Part shown: positions 1-8,342 of the stretch, piece after piece | Position numbering within the stretch: the stretch's first letter is position 1 | Layout of the letters: each line of letters begins with the position of its first letter | Assembly (NCBI GenBank): GCA_041654635.1 | Contig: JBAZDD010000001.1 | Coordinates: 1-37,350 of the forward strand | Origin: Candidatus Muiribacteriota bacterium | GTDB taxonomy: Bacteria > Muiribacteriota > Muiribacteriia > Muiribacteriales > Muiribacteriaceae | Length of the DNA stretch: 37,350 bases | Direction: 5' to 3' | Notes under the pieces: model-generated | Seen by the model: the letters and a program-made list of their open reading frames with translations, nothing else | What the model was told of the DNA's origin: nothing | The model's database searches: none | Program-made: the position numbers and the translations under genes

Positions 1-321
1 GACGATTTAATTTTAAAGAATATAATATTTAATCTGCATTTAAAAAAAAGTGCAGCTGATTTATTGTCTCTTGATATTTCTTCAGATTATCGAAATATCA
101 TAGCAAGGCATAATTTTGAAGAAAACGATGATTTTGATAACTCTGTTGATTTAAAACACGAGGTTGAACATATTTTTAAAATCATACAAAGTGAAAAAAT
201 TAAAAACGAAATAAGTGAACTTGAAGAACTTTTAAAAACAATTAAAGATGACGATAAAGATTATGAAAAAATTTCATATAAATATTTTAACCTTATTAAG
301 GATTTTAAAAAACTGTCTTAA
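1..321 (+). CDS. 3' end of an ORF open to the window edge; probably the C-terminal (helicase-interaction) region of DnaG primase
   Basis: Frame 1 has no stop from nt 1 to the TAA at 319-321, so the TTG at 64 in the ORF track is probably internal. The product call rests only on the conserved dnaG-rpoD gene order and on a helical, charged C-terminal tail. No catalytic motifs are present in this fragment. Confidence 0.4.
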   Translation, partial: DDLILKNIIFNLHLKKSAADLLSLDISSDYRNIIARHNFEENDDFDNSVDLKHEVEHIFKIIQSEKIKNEISELEELLKTIKDDDKDYEKISYKYFNLIKDFKKLS

Positions 322-333
322 GGAGAGCGCATA

Positions 334-1488
334 GTGTCTGATATTAATTATGAAATACTGAAAAAATATATTGATAAAGGTAAAACAGAAAATACAAAAA
401 CAACAAAGAAAAAGAAAAAATCTCCTAAAGCTATTGAAATTGATATGAGTGAAATAGATGATGTAATTAGTACCGATGACCTTGATGATGATGATGAATT
501 GTTTATTGATGACGATTATGTAGAGAATTTAGATGAAGTAGAAGAAATAGATGAATTAGATGAAGAAATTGAAGGTGAAGAAATTGATTTTGATACAACT
601 TTTGAAAAATCGATAATAAAACCTAAAACCTCAGCTTCCTCACCAGAACTTGATATTAGAAGTCTTGATGCTGTAAAAATGTATTTAAAAGGTATTGGTC
701 AGGCTCCGCTTTTGACAGCAGAAGAAGAAGTAGAACTTGCAAAAAGAATTGAAAAAGGTGATAAACAGGCAGAAAGAAAGCTTATTGAAGCCAATCTTCG
801 ACTTGTGGTATCTGTTGCCAAAAGATATACAAAAAGAGGACTTCTTTTTCTTGATTTAATTCAGGAAGGAAACCAGGGACTTATTCGTGCGGTAAAAAAA
901 TTCAAATATAAAAAAGGTTTTAAATTTTCAACATATGCAATATGGTGGATTAGACAGGCTATAACACGTTCTATAGCTGATCAGGCAAGAACTGTGAGAA
1001 TACCTGTTCATATGGTTGAAATTATAAACAGAATAAGAAAAATTTCCAAAAATCTTACCCAGGATTTAGGAAGAGAGCCTACCGTTGAAGAACTGGCTCA
1101 TACAGCAAGATTACCAGTTGATAAAATAAAAAATATTTTAAAAATATCCATGGAACCAGTTTCTCTTGAAACTCCAGTAGGTGAAGAGGATGACTCTCAT
1201 CTGGGGGATTTTGTTTCAGATAAAAATGCAATATCTCCTGACTTTGCAGCATTTAAAACTCTGTTGAAAGAACAGATAGAAAATGTTTTGGAAACTTTGA
1301 CTGAAAGAGAAGCAAAAGTAATAAAATACAGATTTGGTTTAAATGATGGATGTCCGAGAACTCTTGAGGAAGTTGGTCAGATTTTTGGTGTAACAAGAGA
1401 AAGGATAAGACAGATAGAAGCAAAAGCATTAAGAAAACTGAGACATCCAAGCAGAAGTAAAAAACTCAAAGAATTTTATATGGATTGA
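334..1488 (+). CDS. rpoD: Primary RNA polymerase sigma factor (sigma-70 family)
   Basis: GTG start 6 nt after the SD sequence AAGGAGAG (320-327). Acidic region 1.1 ([24 protein letters not shown]). Region 2 reads [75 protein letters not shown]. Region 4.2 HTH reads [30 protein letters not shown]. Confidence 0.97.
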   Translation: MSDINYEILKKYIDKGKTENTKTTKKKKKSPKAIEIDMSEIDDVISTDDLDDDDELFIDDDYVENLDEVEEIDELDEEIEGEEIDFDTTFEKSIIKPKTSASSPELDIRSLDAVKMYLKGIGQAPLLTAEEEVELAKRIEKGDKQAERKLIEANLRLVVSVAKRYTKRGLLFLDLIQEGNQGLIRAVKKFKYKKGFKFSTYAIWWIRQAITRSIADQARTVRIPVHMVEIINRIRKISKNLTQDLGREPTVEELAHTARLPVDKIKNILKISMEPVSLETPVGEEDDSHLGDFVSDKNAISPDFAAFKTLLKEQIENVLETLTEREAKVIKYRFGLNDGCPRTLEEVGQIFGVTRERIRQIEAKALRKLRHPSRSKKLKEFYMD

Positions 1489-1510
1489 TAAATAAAGTGA
1501 ATAAGTTAAT

Positions 1511-1554
1511 GAGTGAGTAAGATTGGAAAGATTAAAGCGTTTGCTTATTCACTC
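1511..1554. terminator. Candidate bidirectional hairpin between convergent rpoD and the - strand ORF
   Basis: GAGTGAGTAAG (1511-1521) can pair with CTTATTCACTC (1544-1554): 11 bp with one G-U and a 22-nt loop. Alternatively GTGAATAAG (1498-1506) pairs with CTTATTCAC (1544-1552). There is no strong U-tract, so the terminator function is tentative. Confidence 0.3.
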
Positions 1555-1612
1555 ACTCACTGTTCCTTCTTTACCTCACTCATTCACTGTTTGTATTTAC
1601 TCACTGCTTCTA

Positions 1613-2446
1613 TTAACGTATCAAAGCTGTGAGGGCTGTAGATACTTTTGCAAAAAATGATACTCCCGAAGAGCTTTGCACAGGTGTGTAGATATTTATT
1701 TTTTCCAAATCATAACGAAGTTCATCTATAAGATTAAGTTTTTTCAGAATATTGATTAAATCTTTTTTTTCGCTTTCTTTTAAAATTTCTGTGTTAAGAG
1801 CATATATAAGGTTTCTTATAATAAAAATCTGAGAAGTTTTTTCAAGCGCAGTAAAAATCATCTCTTTCTTTCCTGGAAAAGTTTGGTTTTTTATGCTGAA
1901 TGAAACTTCTGCAAGATTAGTTAAATCAATGACTTTTTTAGAGTTGTTTTTTGATTTCAAAGGTTTTTCTACTTTTAGAACCTCTTTTGTTTTGTGAATA
2001 TCTTCAGTTTTTTCTTCAAGTGGTTTTTCTTCAATCTCAAATTCATCGACTTCTTCATTTAAAATATAATTTGCAATATCAATCAGTTTTTTATGTTTTG
2101 TTTTATTAATAAATTCTCTGCATAACTCAGGATAATGTTTAAAAAAATTATTTTCCTGTAGATAACTTAAAGAATGAAAGCTTATTTTTTCTGACGGTGA
2201 ATTAATATTTTCAGCAAAAAATAAAATAAAATCATGGTCATTTCTTTTTGATATTATTGAAAAAATTATTTCAGCAAGCTCATTATTGCCTTGATTAAGT
2301 ATAAAAAGATTGTATAAATCTTTTGATGATAAAATATCATATATTAAAAATAAAACTTCATTATCTTTTTTCTTTTCATAATGTTCCTTATAAAGAAAAA
2401 GATATTCATTAAGCTGTTTTTCAATAATTTTGGGTATTGGTTCCAT
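1613..2446 (-). CDS. Hypothetical protein (277 aa), no motif recognised
   Basis: Long uninterrupted ORF with an ATG start, divergent from the 2540 ORF. Lys/Glu-rich central linker (EEKPLEEKTEDIHKTKEVLKVEKPLKSK). No catalytic or binding motif identified by eye. Confidence 0.55.
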   Translation of the reverse strand: MEPIPKIIEKQLNEYLFLYKEHYEKKKDNEVLFLIYDILSSKDLYNLFILNQGNNELAEIIFSIISKRNDHDFILFFAENINSPSEKISFHSLSYLQENNFFKHYPELCREFINKTKHKKLIDIANYILNEEVDEFEIEEKPLEEKTEDIHKTKEVLKVEKPLKSKNNSKKVIDLTNLAEVSFSIKNQTFPGKKEMIFTALEKTSQIFIIRNLIYALNTEILKESEKKDLINILKKLNLIDELRYDLEKINIYTPVQSSSGVSFFAKVSTALTALIR

Positions 2447-2479
2447 TTTTACCTCTCAATACATTTATCGGAACTGATA

Positions 2480-2508
2480 TTGTAAAAATTTAAATATATT
2501 GTTAGAAT
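2480..2508 (+). promoter_or_regulatory. Sigma-70-like promoter candidate for the Hint-like/STAS (and possibly polC) transcription unit
   Basis: TTGTAA (2480-2485), a 17-nt spacer, then TAGAAT (2503-2508), about 30 nt upstream of the ATG at 2540. The SD sequence GGAGGA lies at 2530-2535. The AT-rich background makes chance matches likely. Confidence 0.3.
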
Positions 2509-2539
2509 ATTAACTTAAGAATTACAGTGGAGGAAGATA

Positions 2540-3601
2540 ATGTCTGACAGACAGGAAGGTCTTTTGGCGGGGAATGATATATTAACCGAAAACGGTTATA
2601 TTAGCATTGGAGAATTAAAAGAAAAAGATAAAGTAATATGTGCAGGTGGCTGGGGACAGGTTGCTGTATCAAAAATCAAAAAAATTAAAAAAGAAAAATA
2701 TAAAGGTCAAGTTGTTGAGTTTCTTGTTGAAGGAAAAAAGAAAATAAGAATGCTTCCAAAACAGGTATGTTTTTCAAAATTTGATTTTACCGGGAATGCG
2801 TATTACATAGTTCTTATTTATCGTCAACAGAAAGGTTGGAGAATTGGTCTTGAAACCGATATGCGTGGATTAAACAAACAGAATTTGAATTATGATGATA
2901 AATTCTGGGTACTTGATATTTTACAGGATGAGATGGAAGCAATATATTTTCAGCATCTTTATTCATACAGATTTGGAATACCTATGGTTAATTTTGAGTC
3001 TAAAAATGATAAATTTAATTTCAACCAGGATTTTATTGATAAAATCTTTACCATAATTGATACAGAAGAAAGAGCAGAACAGGTTTTTGACGAACTTTCA
3101 ATGTATAGAGACTATCCTTATTACATTGCTCCTAACAAGCAGTTCGGAACAAAACTTTTAACAATAATAATGTTTGGAAATAAAGAAAGAGCTCCTGAGG
3201 ATGAATGGCATCTTCACAGAATATATGTAAATGTTGATCATAATAAAATTTCTTATGGAAAAACAAGTATAATTGACCCTGCAAGTAAATCTGCATGGAA
3301 TATTAATACAATAAGAAAAGATTATGACGAATTGAATAACTTTGCAAATGTTCTTGCTGGATTTGAAGAACTTGAAATAATAAGACGTTCACAACTTACA
3401 AGTCAGTCACCTTTCTTTTATTTTCCGGCAACCCATCTTAAAAAAACCATGCTGCTTCCTGTATATAATAAAAAAGAAAAGAAAATTGATGAAAAAAGAA
3501 TAGAAAATGTATCAATGGGCGAATATGAAGGCGAAGTTTATTCAATAGAAGTCGAAAATTTGAGAAACCTTGTCGCAAATGATATACTGGTTTACAGTTA
3601 A
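2540..3601 (+). CDS. Free-standing intein-like (Hint-fold) protein with degenerate splicing residues and a roughly 200-aa central insert
   Basis: N-terminal GLLAGNDILTENGYISIGEL resembles intein block A. C-terminal GEVYSIEVENLRNLVANDILVYS-stop resembles blocks F/G. Nucleophile Cys1, block-B TxxH and the terminal HN are all substituted. The ORF has its own SD and ATG, with no flanking extein sequence. Confidence 0.65.
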   Translation: MSDRQEGLLAGNDILTENGYISIGELKEKDKVICAGGWGQVAVSKIKKIKKEKYKGQVVEFLVEGKKKIRMLPKQVCFSKFDFTGNAYYIVLIYRQQKGWRIGLETDMRGLNKQNLNYDDKFWVLDILQDEMEAIYFQHLYSYRFGIPMVNFESKNDKFNFNQDFIDKIFTIIDTEERAEQVFDELSMYRDYPYYIAPNKQFGTKLLTIIMFGNKERAPEDEWHLHRIYVNVDHNKISYGKTSIIDPASKSAWNINTIRKDYDELNNFANVLAGFEELEIIRRSQLTSQSPFFYFPATHLKKTMLLPVYNKKEKKIDEKRIENVSMGEYEGEVYSIEVENLRNLVANDILVYS

Positions 3602-3610
3602 GAGGATTTT

Positions 3611-3916
3611 ATGGATATTAATGTAATTTTAAATGAAGAAGAATTGGAAGTCACGCTTGAAATTGCTGGTGAAATCACAATAAATAACTTTAATGAACTT
3701 TCTACAACAATTGAAAAAAATATGGGAAAAAACATTGATTTCATACTTGATTTTTCAGGTGTTACATACATCGATTCAGCTGGGATTGGTGGTCTTGTTG
3801 CAAAACTAAAAGAAATTTTCAATTACGGTGGTAATTTAAAAATAATAAATACTCCATCAAAAATTCTTAAACTTTTCAGGTTGACAAAACTTGACAAGTT
3901 TTTTGAAATCTACTGA
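3611..3916 (+). CDS. STAS-domain anti-sigma-factor antagonist (SpoIIAA/RsbV-like)
   Basis: 101 aa. Motif DFSGVTYIDSAGIGGLV carries the phosphorylatable Ser in the DSAG context. The C-terminal KILKLFRLTKLDKFFEIY is typical of the family. Starts 9 nt after the previous stop. Confidence 0.9.
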   Translation: MDINVILNEEELEVTLEIAGEITINNFNELSTTIEKNMGKNIDFILDFSGVTYIDSAGIGGLVAKLKEIFNYGGNLKIINTPSKILKLFRLTKLDKFFEIY

Positions 3917-3972
3917 ATAACAACAGCACAATTTAACTAAAACAGGTTGGCTGAATATTTGAGAGAGGTAAA

Positions 3973-6900
3973 ATGTCTAATTTTATTATTGAACTTGAAG
4001 AAGAAGATTTCAAAAATATTACAGGCGAATCATATTCATATATAGTTAATCATCAACTTATTGTGGATTCTGCTACAAATAATATAAAATTTAAATTGTT
4101 TTCATCAGAAGAAAATTTTTCAAAAATAAACATTTCAGAAATAGAAAAAAAATTTTTAACAAAGTATCCTGGAACTCCAGGTAATCTGAAAATTAATCTG
4201 ATAAAACCAAAAAGCAATATAAAAGATGTAAATCTTGCTAAAGAAAATATAATAAAAAAAGTTGCTTCTATTAATGGAAGAACAAAGCTTTTTCCAAGAT
4301 TTGCAAAAAACATTGAGTTTGAGTCTAACTCTGTAAAAATTATTATTGAAGCAAATTATTTAAATACAATAAATGATTTTGTAAAAAAAATTGAGAAAAT
4401 CTGTCGTGATGAATTTTTTAAATACAATTCTTCAAAACCTGATAAAGTTTTATTTGAAACTTTTGAAAATAAAAATATTTTTCCTGATATTGAACCAGAA
4501 GTAATTGTATATGAAGAAAGACCGGTTCAACCCAGACCAAAACCAGTTGTGAATAATACTAAAAAAAACGAATTTGCATATAGAAACAGAAGAAATAAAA
4601 ATTACTCAAAGTGTGATATCAATACAATAAGACTTGATACTGATGTAAGTGTTAAAGGCAAAATACTTCACTGTGAAGATATTAGAGCCACCAAAAATGG
4701 GAAATTTATTCATTCATATATTTTGTCAGACAAACTTGATTCAGTATATGTAAAAAGTTTTGAAAAAGAAGAAAAGCCTCTTTGTAAAAAAGGTCAATTT
4801 GTTGAAGTAAAAGGCAGGGTTAAATATGATGAATTTCAGAAAGAAACAGTAATATACTGTGATGAAATTTCTGAATCTGAACCTGAAACAAGAATGGATA
4901 ATTATCCTGAGAAAAGAGTCGAGCTTCATCTTCATACAAAAATGTCAATGGATGATGCAACTTGTGATATAAATGAAACAGTAGCTCTTGCTGCCAAATG
5001 GGGTCATAAAGCAATAGCGATAACTGATCATGCTGTTGTTCAGGGATTTCCAGTTTTTTATAATGCCTGCAAAAAAAATAATATTAAACCAATTTTTGGT
5101 GTAGAAGGATATTTATTTACAGGTGATGAAAATAATTTCAGAAATAAAGCTTCAAAAGATAAAACATTTCATATAATAATATTGGTAAAAAATAATACAG
5201 GAAGAAAGAATTTATACAAAATAATATCTGAATCCCATCTAAATTATTTTTACAGCAGACCATTAATTCCTCTTTCAATTATTGAAAAATATAAAGAAGG
5301 GCTTATTTTTGGCTCAGCATGTGAAAGAGGAGAACTTTTCCGAGCAGTATTAAATAAAAAAAGTGATGAAGAAATTGCTGAAATAGCTCAAAGATATGAT
5401 TTTTTTGAAATTCAGCCCATAACCAATAATAAATTTCTTATAAGACAGGGTGTGGTAGCTGATGAAGAAGAATTGAGAAATTTAAACAGACAGATTGTAA
5501 ATCTGGGAGAAAAATTTAATAAACCTGTTGTTGCAACCTGTGATACACATTTTCTTGACCCATGGGATTTTGAATACAGAAAAGTATTACAGGCAACAAA
5601 AGGATATGCTGATTTCATGTTTCAGCCAGAGCTTTATTTAAGAACAACCGATGAAATGCTCGAAGAATTCAGTTATCTTGGCGAAGAAAAATCAAAAGAA
5701 GTATGTGTTGACAATACTGTTGCAATAAGCGAGCTTATAGAAGAATTTAAACCAATACCAGATGGATTTTATCCACCTTCAATTGAAAATGCAGAAGAAA
5801 ATCTTGTTAAAATGGTAAACAAAAATGCAGAAGAAATATATGGGAATCCGCTTCCTGAAGTTGTCAGAGAAAGAATAGATTTTGAGCTTGATTCAATTAT
5901 TAAATATCAATTTTCAACACTTTTTTTTCTTGCTCATCTTCTTGTAAAACGATCACTTGATGATGGATATCTTGTTGGTTCAAGAGGTTCGGTAGGTTCT
6001 TCAGCGGTAGCAAGATTTTCAAATATAACTGAAGTTAATCCGCTTCCTCCTCATTATGTATGTGAAAATTGTAAATATTCCGAATTTTTTACTGATATTG
6101 ATATTGTTGGAGTTGACCTTGAGGATAAAAATTGTCCAAAGTGTCAGAATAAATTGAAAAAAGATGGATTTAATATTCCATTTCAGGTTTTTATGGGATT
6201 TGAAGGTGATAAAGTGCCTGATATCGATTTGAACTTTTCGGGTGAATATCAGTCTGTAATTCATAAATATGTCGAAGAACTGTTTGGAAGCTCGCATACT
6301 TTTAAGGCTGGAACAATATCCATGCTGAAAGAAGGACAGGGAGCAATGTATTTAAAAAAATATCTTGAAAGAATTTCAGATTCAACAACCAGCCTGAAAA
6401 AAAGTGATGAAATAAGGATTGTTAAAGGAATAGAAGGGGTAAAAAAAACTACTGGACAGCATCCGGGTGGGGTAATAGTTGTTCCGAAAAACATGGAAAT
6501 ATATGATTTTTCTCCTGTAAATTATCCAGCTAATAAAAAAGAAACTGGAGTAATTACAACTCATTTTGATTATCATGTTATGGATGCTCAGCTTGTAAAA
6601 CTTGATATGTTAGGTCACGACGATCCAACAATTATAAAACATCTTCAGGAAATGACCGGAGTGGATATATTTAAAATCCCTCTTGATGATAAAGAAACAA
6701 TGAAATTTTTTACAGAAGTTAGAAGCACGGCTATTCCTGAATTTGGAACCAATTTTGTAAAAAGAATGTTAGAAGACACAAGACCGACAAAATTTACAGA
6801 ACTTATAAGACTTTCAGGACTTTCACATGGAACAGATGTCTGGACAAATAATGCACAGGAGCTTATTAGAAGTCAGACAGCAGATCTGGCTAATGTTATA

Positions 6901-7608
6901 TCAGTTCGAGATGACATAATGAACTATCTTATAAATAAAGGATTGCCAAAAAAATTATCATTTGATATTATGGAACATGTGAGGAAAGGAAAAGGTCTTA
7001 AACCTGAAATGGAAGAATTGATGAAAAAACATCAGGTTCCAGACTGGTATATTGATTCATGCAAAAAAATAAAATACATGTTTCCAAAAGCACATGCTGT
7101 AGCTTATGTAGTAATGGCCTACAGAATTGCATGGTTCAAGGCAAATTATCCACGAGAGTTTTATTCAGCCTATTTCGGAGTAAGAACATTTAATGGAATA
7201 ACTTCTAAAGATATTGTACAGGGAAAAAAATATGTTATTGACAGAATAAATATATTAAGGTCTTTCAAAGATGCATCAGCTACTGATAAATCCCTTTTAT
7301 CATATCTTGAAGTTGCTCTCGAGGCGATGGAAAGAGGAATTGATTTTATTGAAGTTGATTTATACAAATCAGACTATTCAAGATATAAACTTGAAGGGGA
7401 AAATTCATTAAGATGCCCTCTGATATCACTTGAAGGACTTGGGGAAAAGGCAGCAATGAAAATATGTGAAGAAAGAGAAAAAAAACCTTTCAGAACTCAG
7501 CAGGATTTAGTTGCAAGATGTGGATTAAATAAAAATGTTCTCGCTTTACTGCGAGAGAAAAACTGTATGGGAAATCTGCCGGAAACAGATAACCTTTCAC
7601 TGTTCTAA
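3973..7608 (+). CDS. polC: DNA polymerase III alpha subunit, PolC type, apparently lacking the internal proofreading exonuclease domain
   Basis: OB-fold segment (VSVKGKILHCEDIRATKNGKFIHSYILSD...VEVKGRVKYDEFQKE). PHP start RVELHLHTKMSMDDA...AITDHAVVQGFP. PolC Zn-finger PPHYVCENCKYSEFF...NCPKCQNKL. Palm motif PDIDLNFSGEYQ, then TTGQHPGGVIVVP and the LVKLDMLGHDDPT motifs. 1211 aa against about 1430 for canonical PolC. Confidence 0.95.
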   Translation: MSNFIIELEEEDFKNITGESYSYIVNHQLIVDSATNNIKFKLFSSEENFSKINISEIEKKFLTKYPGTPGNLKINLIKPKSNIKDVNLAKENIIKKVASINGRTKLFPRFAKNIEFESNSVKIIIEANYLNTINDFVKKIEKICRDEFFKYNSSKPDKVLFETFENKNIFPDIEPEVIVYEERPVQPRPKPVVNNTKKNEFAYRNRRNKNYSKCDINTIRLDTDVSVKGKILHCEDIRATKNGKFIHSYILSDKLDSVYVKSFEKEEKPLCKKGQFVEVKGRVKYDEFQKETVIYCDEISESEPETRMDNYPEKRVELHLHTKMSMDDATCDINETVALAAKWGHKAIAITDHAVVQGFPVFYNACKKNNIKPIFGVEGYLFTGDENNFRNKASKDKTFHIIILVKNNTGRKNLYKIISESHLNYFYSRPLIPLSIIEKYKEGLIFGSACERGELFRAVLNKKSDEEIAEIAQRYDFFEIQPITNNKFLIRQGVVADEEELRNLNRQIVNLGEKFNKPVVATCDTHFLDPWDFEYRKVLQATKGYADFMFQPELYLRTTDEMLEEFSYLGEEKSKEVCVDNTVAISELIEEFKPIPDGFYPPSIENAEENLVKMVNKNAEEIYGNPLPEVVRERIDFELDSIIKYQFSTLFFLAHLLVKRSLDDGYLVGSRGSVGSSAVARFSNITEVNPLPPHYVCENCKYSEFFTDIDIVGVDLEDKNCPKCQNKLKKDGFNIPFQVFMGFEGDKVPDIDLNFSGEYQSVIHKYVEELFGSSHTFKAGTISMLKEGQGAMYLKKYLERISDSTTSLKKSDEIRIVKGIEGVKKTTGQHPGGVIVVPKNMEIYDFSPVNYPANKKETGVITTHFDYHVMDAQLVKLDMLGHDDPTIIKHLQEMTGVDIFKIPLDDKETMKFFTEVRSTAIPEFGTNFVKRMLEDTRPTKFTELIRLSGLSHGTDVWTNNAQELIRSQTADLANVISVRDDIMNYLINKGLPKKLSFDIMEHVRKGKGLKPEMEELMKKHQVPDWYIDSCKKIKYMFPKAHAVAYVVMAYRIAWFKANYPREFYSAYFGVRTFNGITSKDIVQGKKYVIDRINILRSFKDASATDKSLLSYLEVALEAMERGIDFIEVDLYKSDYSRYKLEGENSLRCPLISLEGLGEKAAMKICEEREKKPFRTQQDLVARCGLNKNVLALLREKNCMGNLPETDNLSLF

Positions 7609-7610
7609 TT

Positions 7611-8342
7611 ATGATAGAAGTAAAGAATTTAAACTATCTGCATATATTAAAAAATTTAAATTTCAACATAAAAGAAAATTCAATTACAGGAATTATCGGA
7701 AAAAATGGCTCTGGAAAAACCACACTTTTAAGACTTTTAGCAGGTTTTATCAAACCTGAAAATGGTGAAATATTTTTAAATGGAACAAATATCATAGAAT
7801 TTTCCACAAAACATATTGCAAGGAATTTAGTTTATATACCACAAAAAATAACAATTAACTATGATATAAAAGTAAAAGAATTTTTATTTTTTTCAAGATA
7901 TGCTTGGGCTGATTCTCAAAAAAAATCAGACAATTTAATAATGGAAGCTCTTGAAAAAGTAGATATGAAAAATTATATTAATTCAAACTGCAGAGTGTTG
8001 TCTGGTGGAGAAATGGCTAAAATAATGCTTGCAAGTGCAATAGTCCAGCAATCTCCAGTTTGGGTTCTTGATGAACCAACAGCTTTTTTAGACCCGAAAT
8101 CAGAAGTTGATTTTTTTAAAATGCTTAAGAAATCAGTAAACAATAAAACTGTTATTATAGTAACGCACAATCTGTTTCATATTTTTAAAACAGCAACACA
8201 TATAATTTCACTCAAAGATGGTGAGGTTATATATGACAAAAAAACTGAGTTATACAACGAAAACGATTTATTAAATGTATATAATGTTAAATTCAACATG
8301 AAAAAACAGGGAGATAAACTGATTTGCTATCCAGAAAGCTGA
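7611..8342 (+). CDS. ABC transporter ATP-binding protein (iron-siderophore/cobalamin FepC/BtuD-like)
   Basis: Walker A GKNGSGKTTLLRLLAG, signature LSGGEMAKIML, Walker B VWVLDEPTAFLD, H-loop VTHNL. ATG lies 2 nt after the polC stop. Confidence 0.9.
   Translation: MIEVKNLNYLHILKNLNFNIKENSITGIIGKNGSGKTTLLRLLAGFIKPENGEIFLNGTNIIEFSTKHIARNLVYIPQKITINYDIKVKEFLFFSRYAWADSQKKSDNLIMEALEKVDMKNYINSNCRVLSGGEMAKIMLASAIVQQSPVWVLDEPTAFLDPKSEVDFFKMLKKSVNNKTVIIVTHNLFHIFKTATHIISLKDGEVIYDKKTELYNENDLLNVYNVKFNMKKQGDKLICYPES

Noticed and set aside
2540-3601. An active mobile intein, or a fragment of an intein-bearing host gene.
   Set aside because: There is no in-frame extein sequence on either side, since the ORF has its own SD and ATG and stops directly after the block-G-like motif. 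Cys1, TxxH and the terminal HN are all substituted, so protein splicing is not expected.
7535-7759. A 74-aa + strand ORF bridging the polC / ABC ATPase junction.
   Set aside because: It is out of frame with two ORFs that carry clear conserved motifs (the PolC C-terminus and the Walker A of the ATPase).
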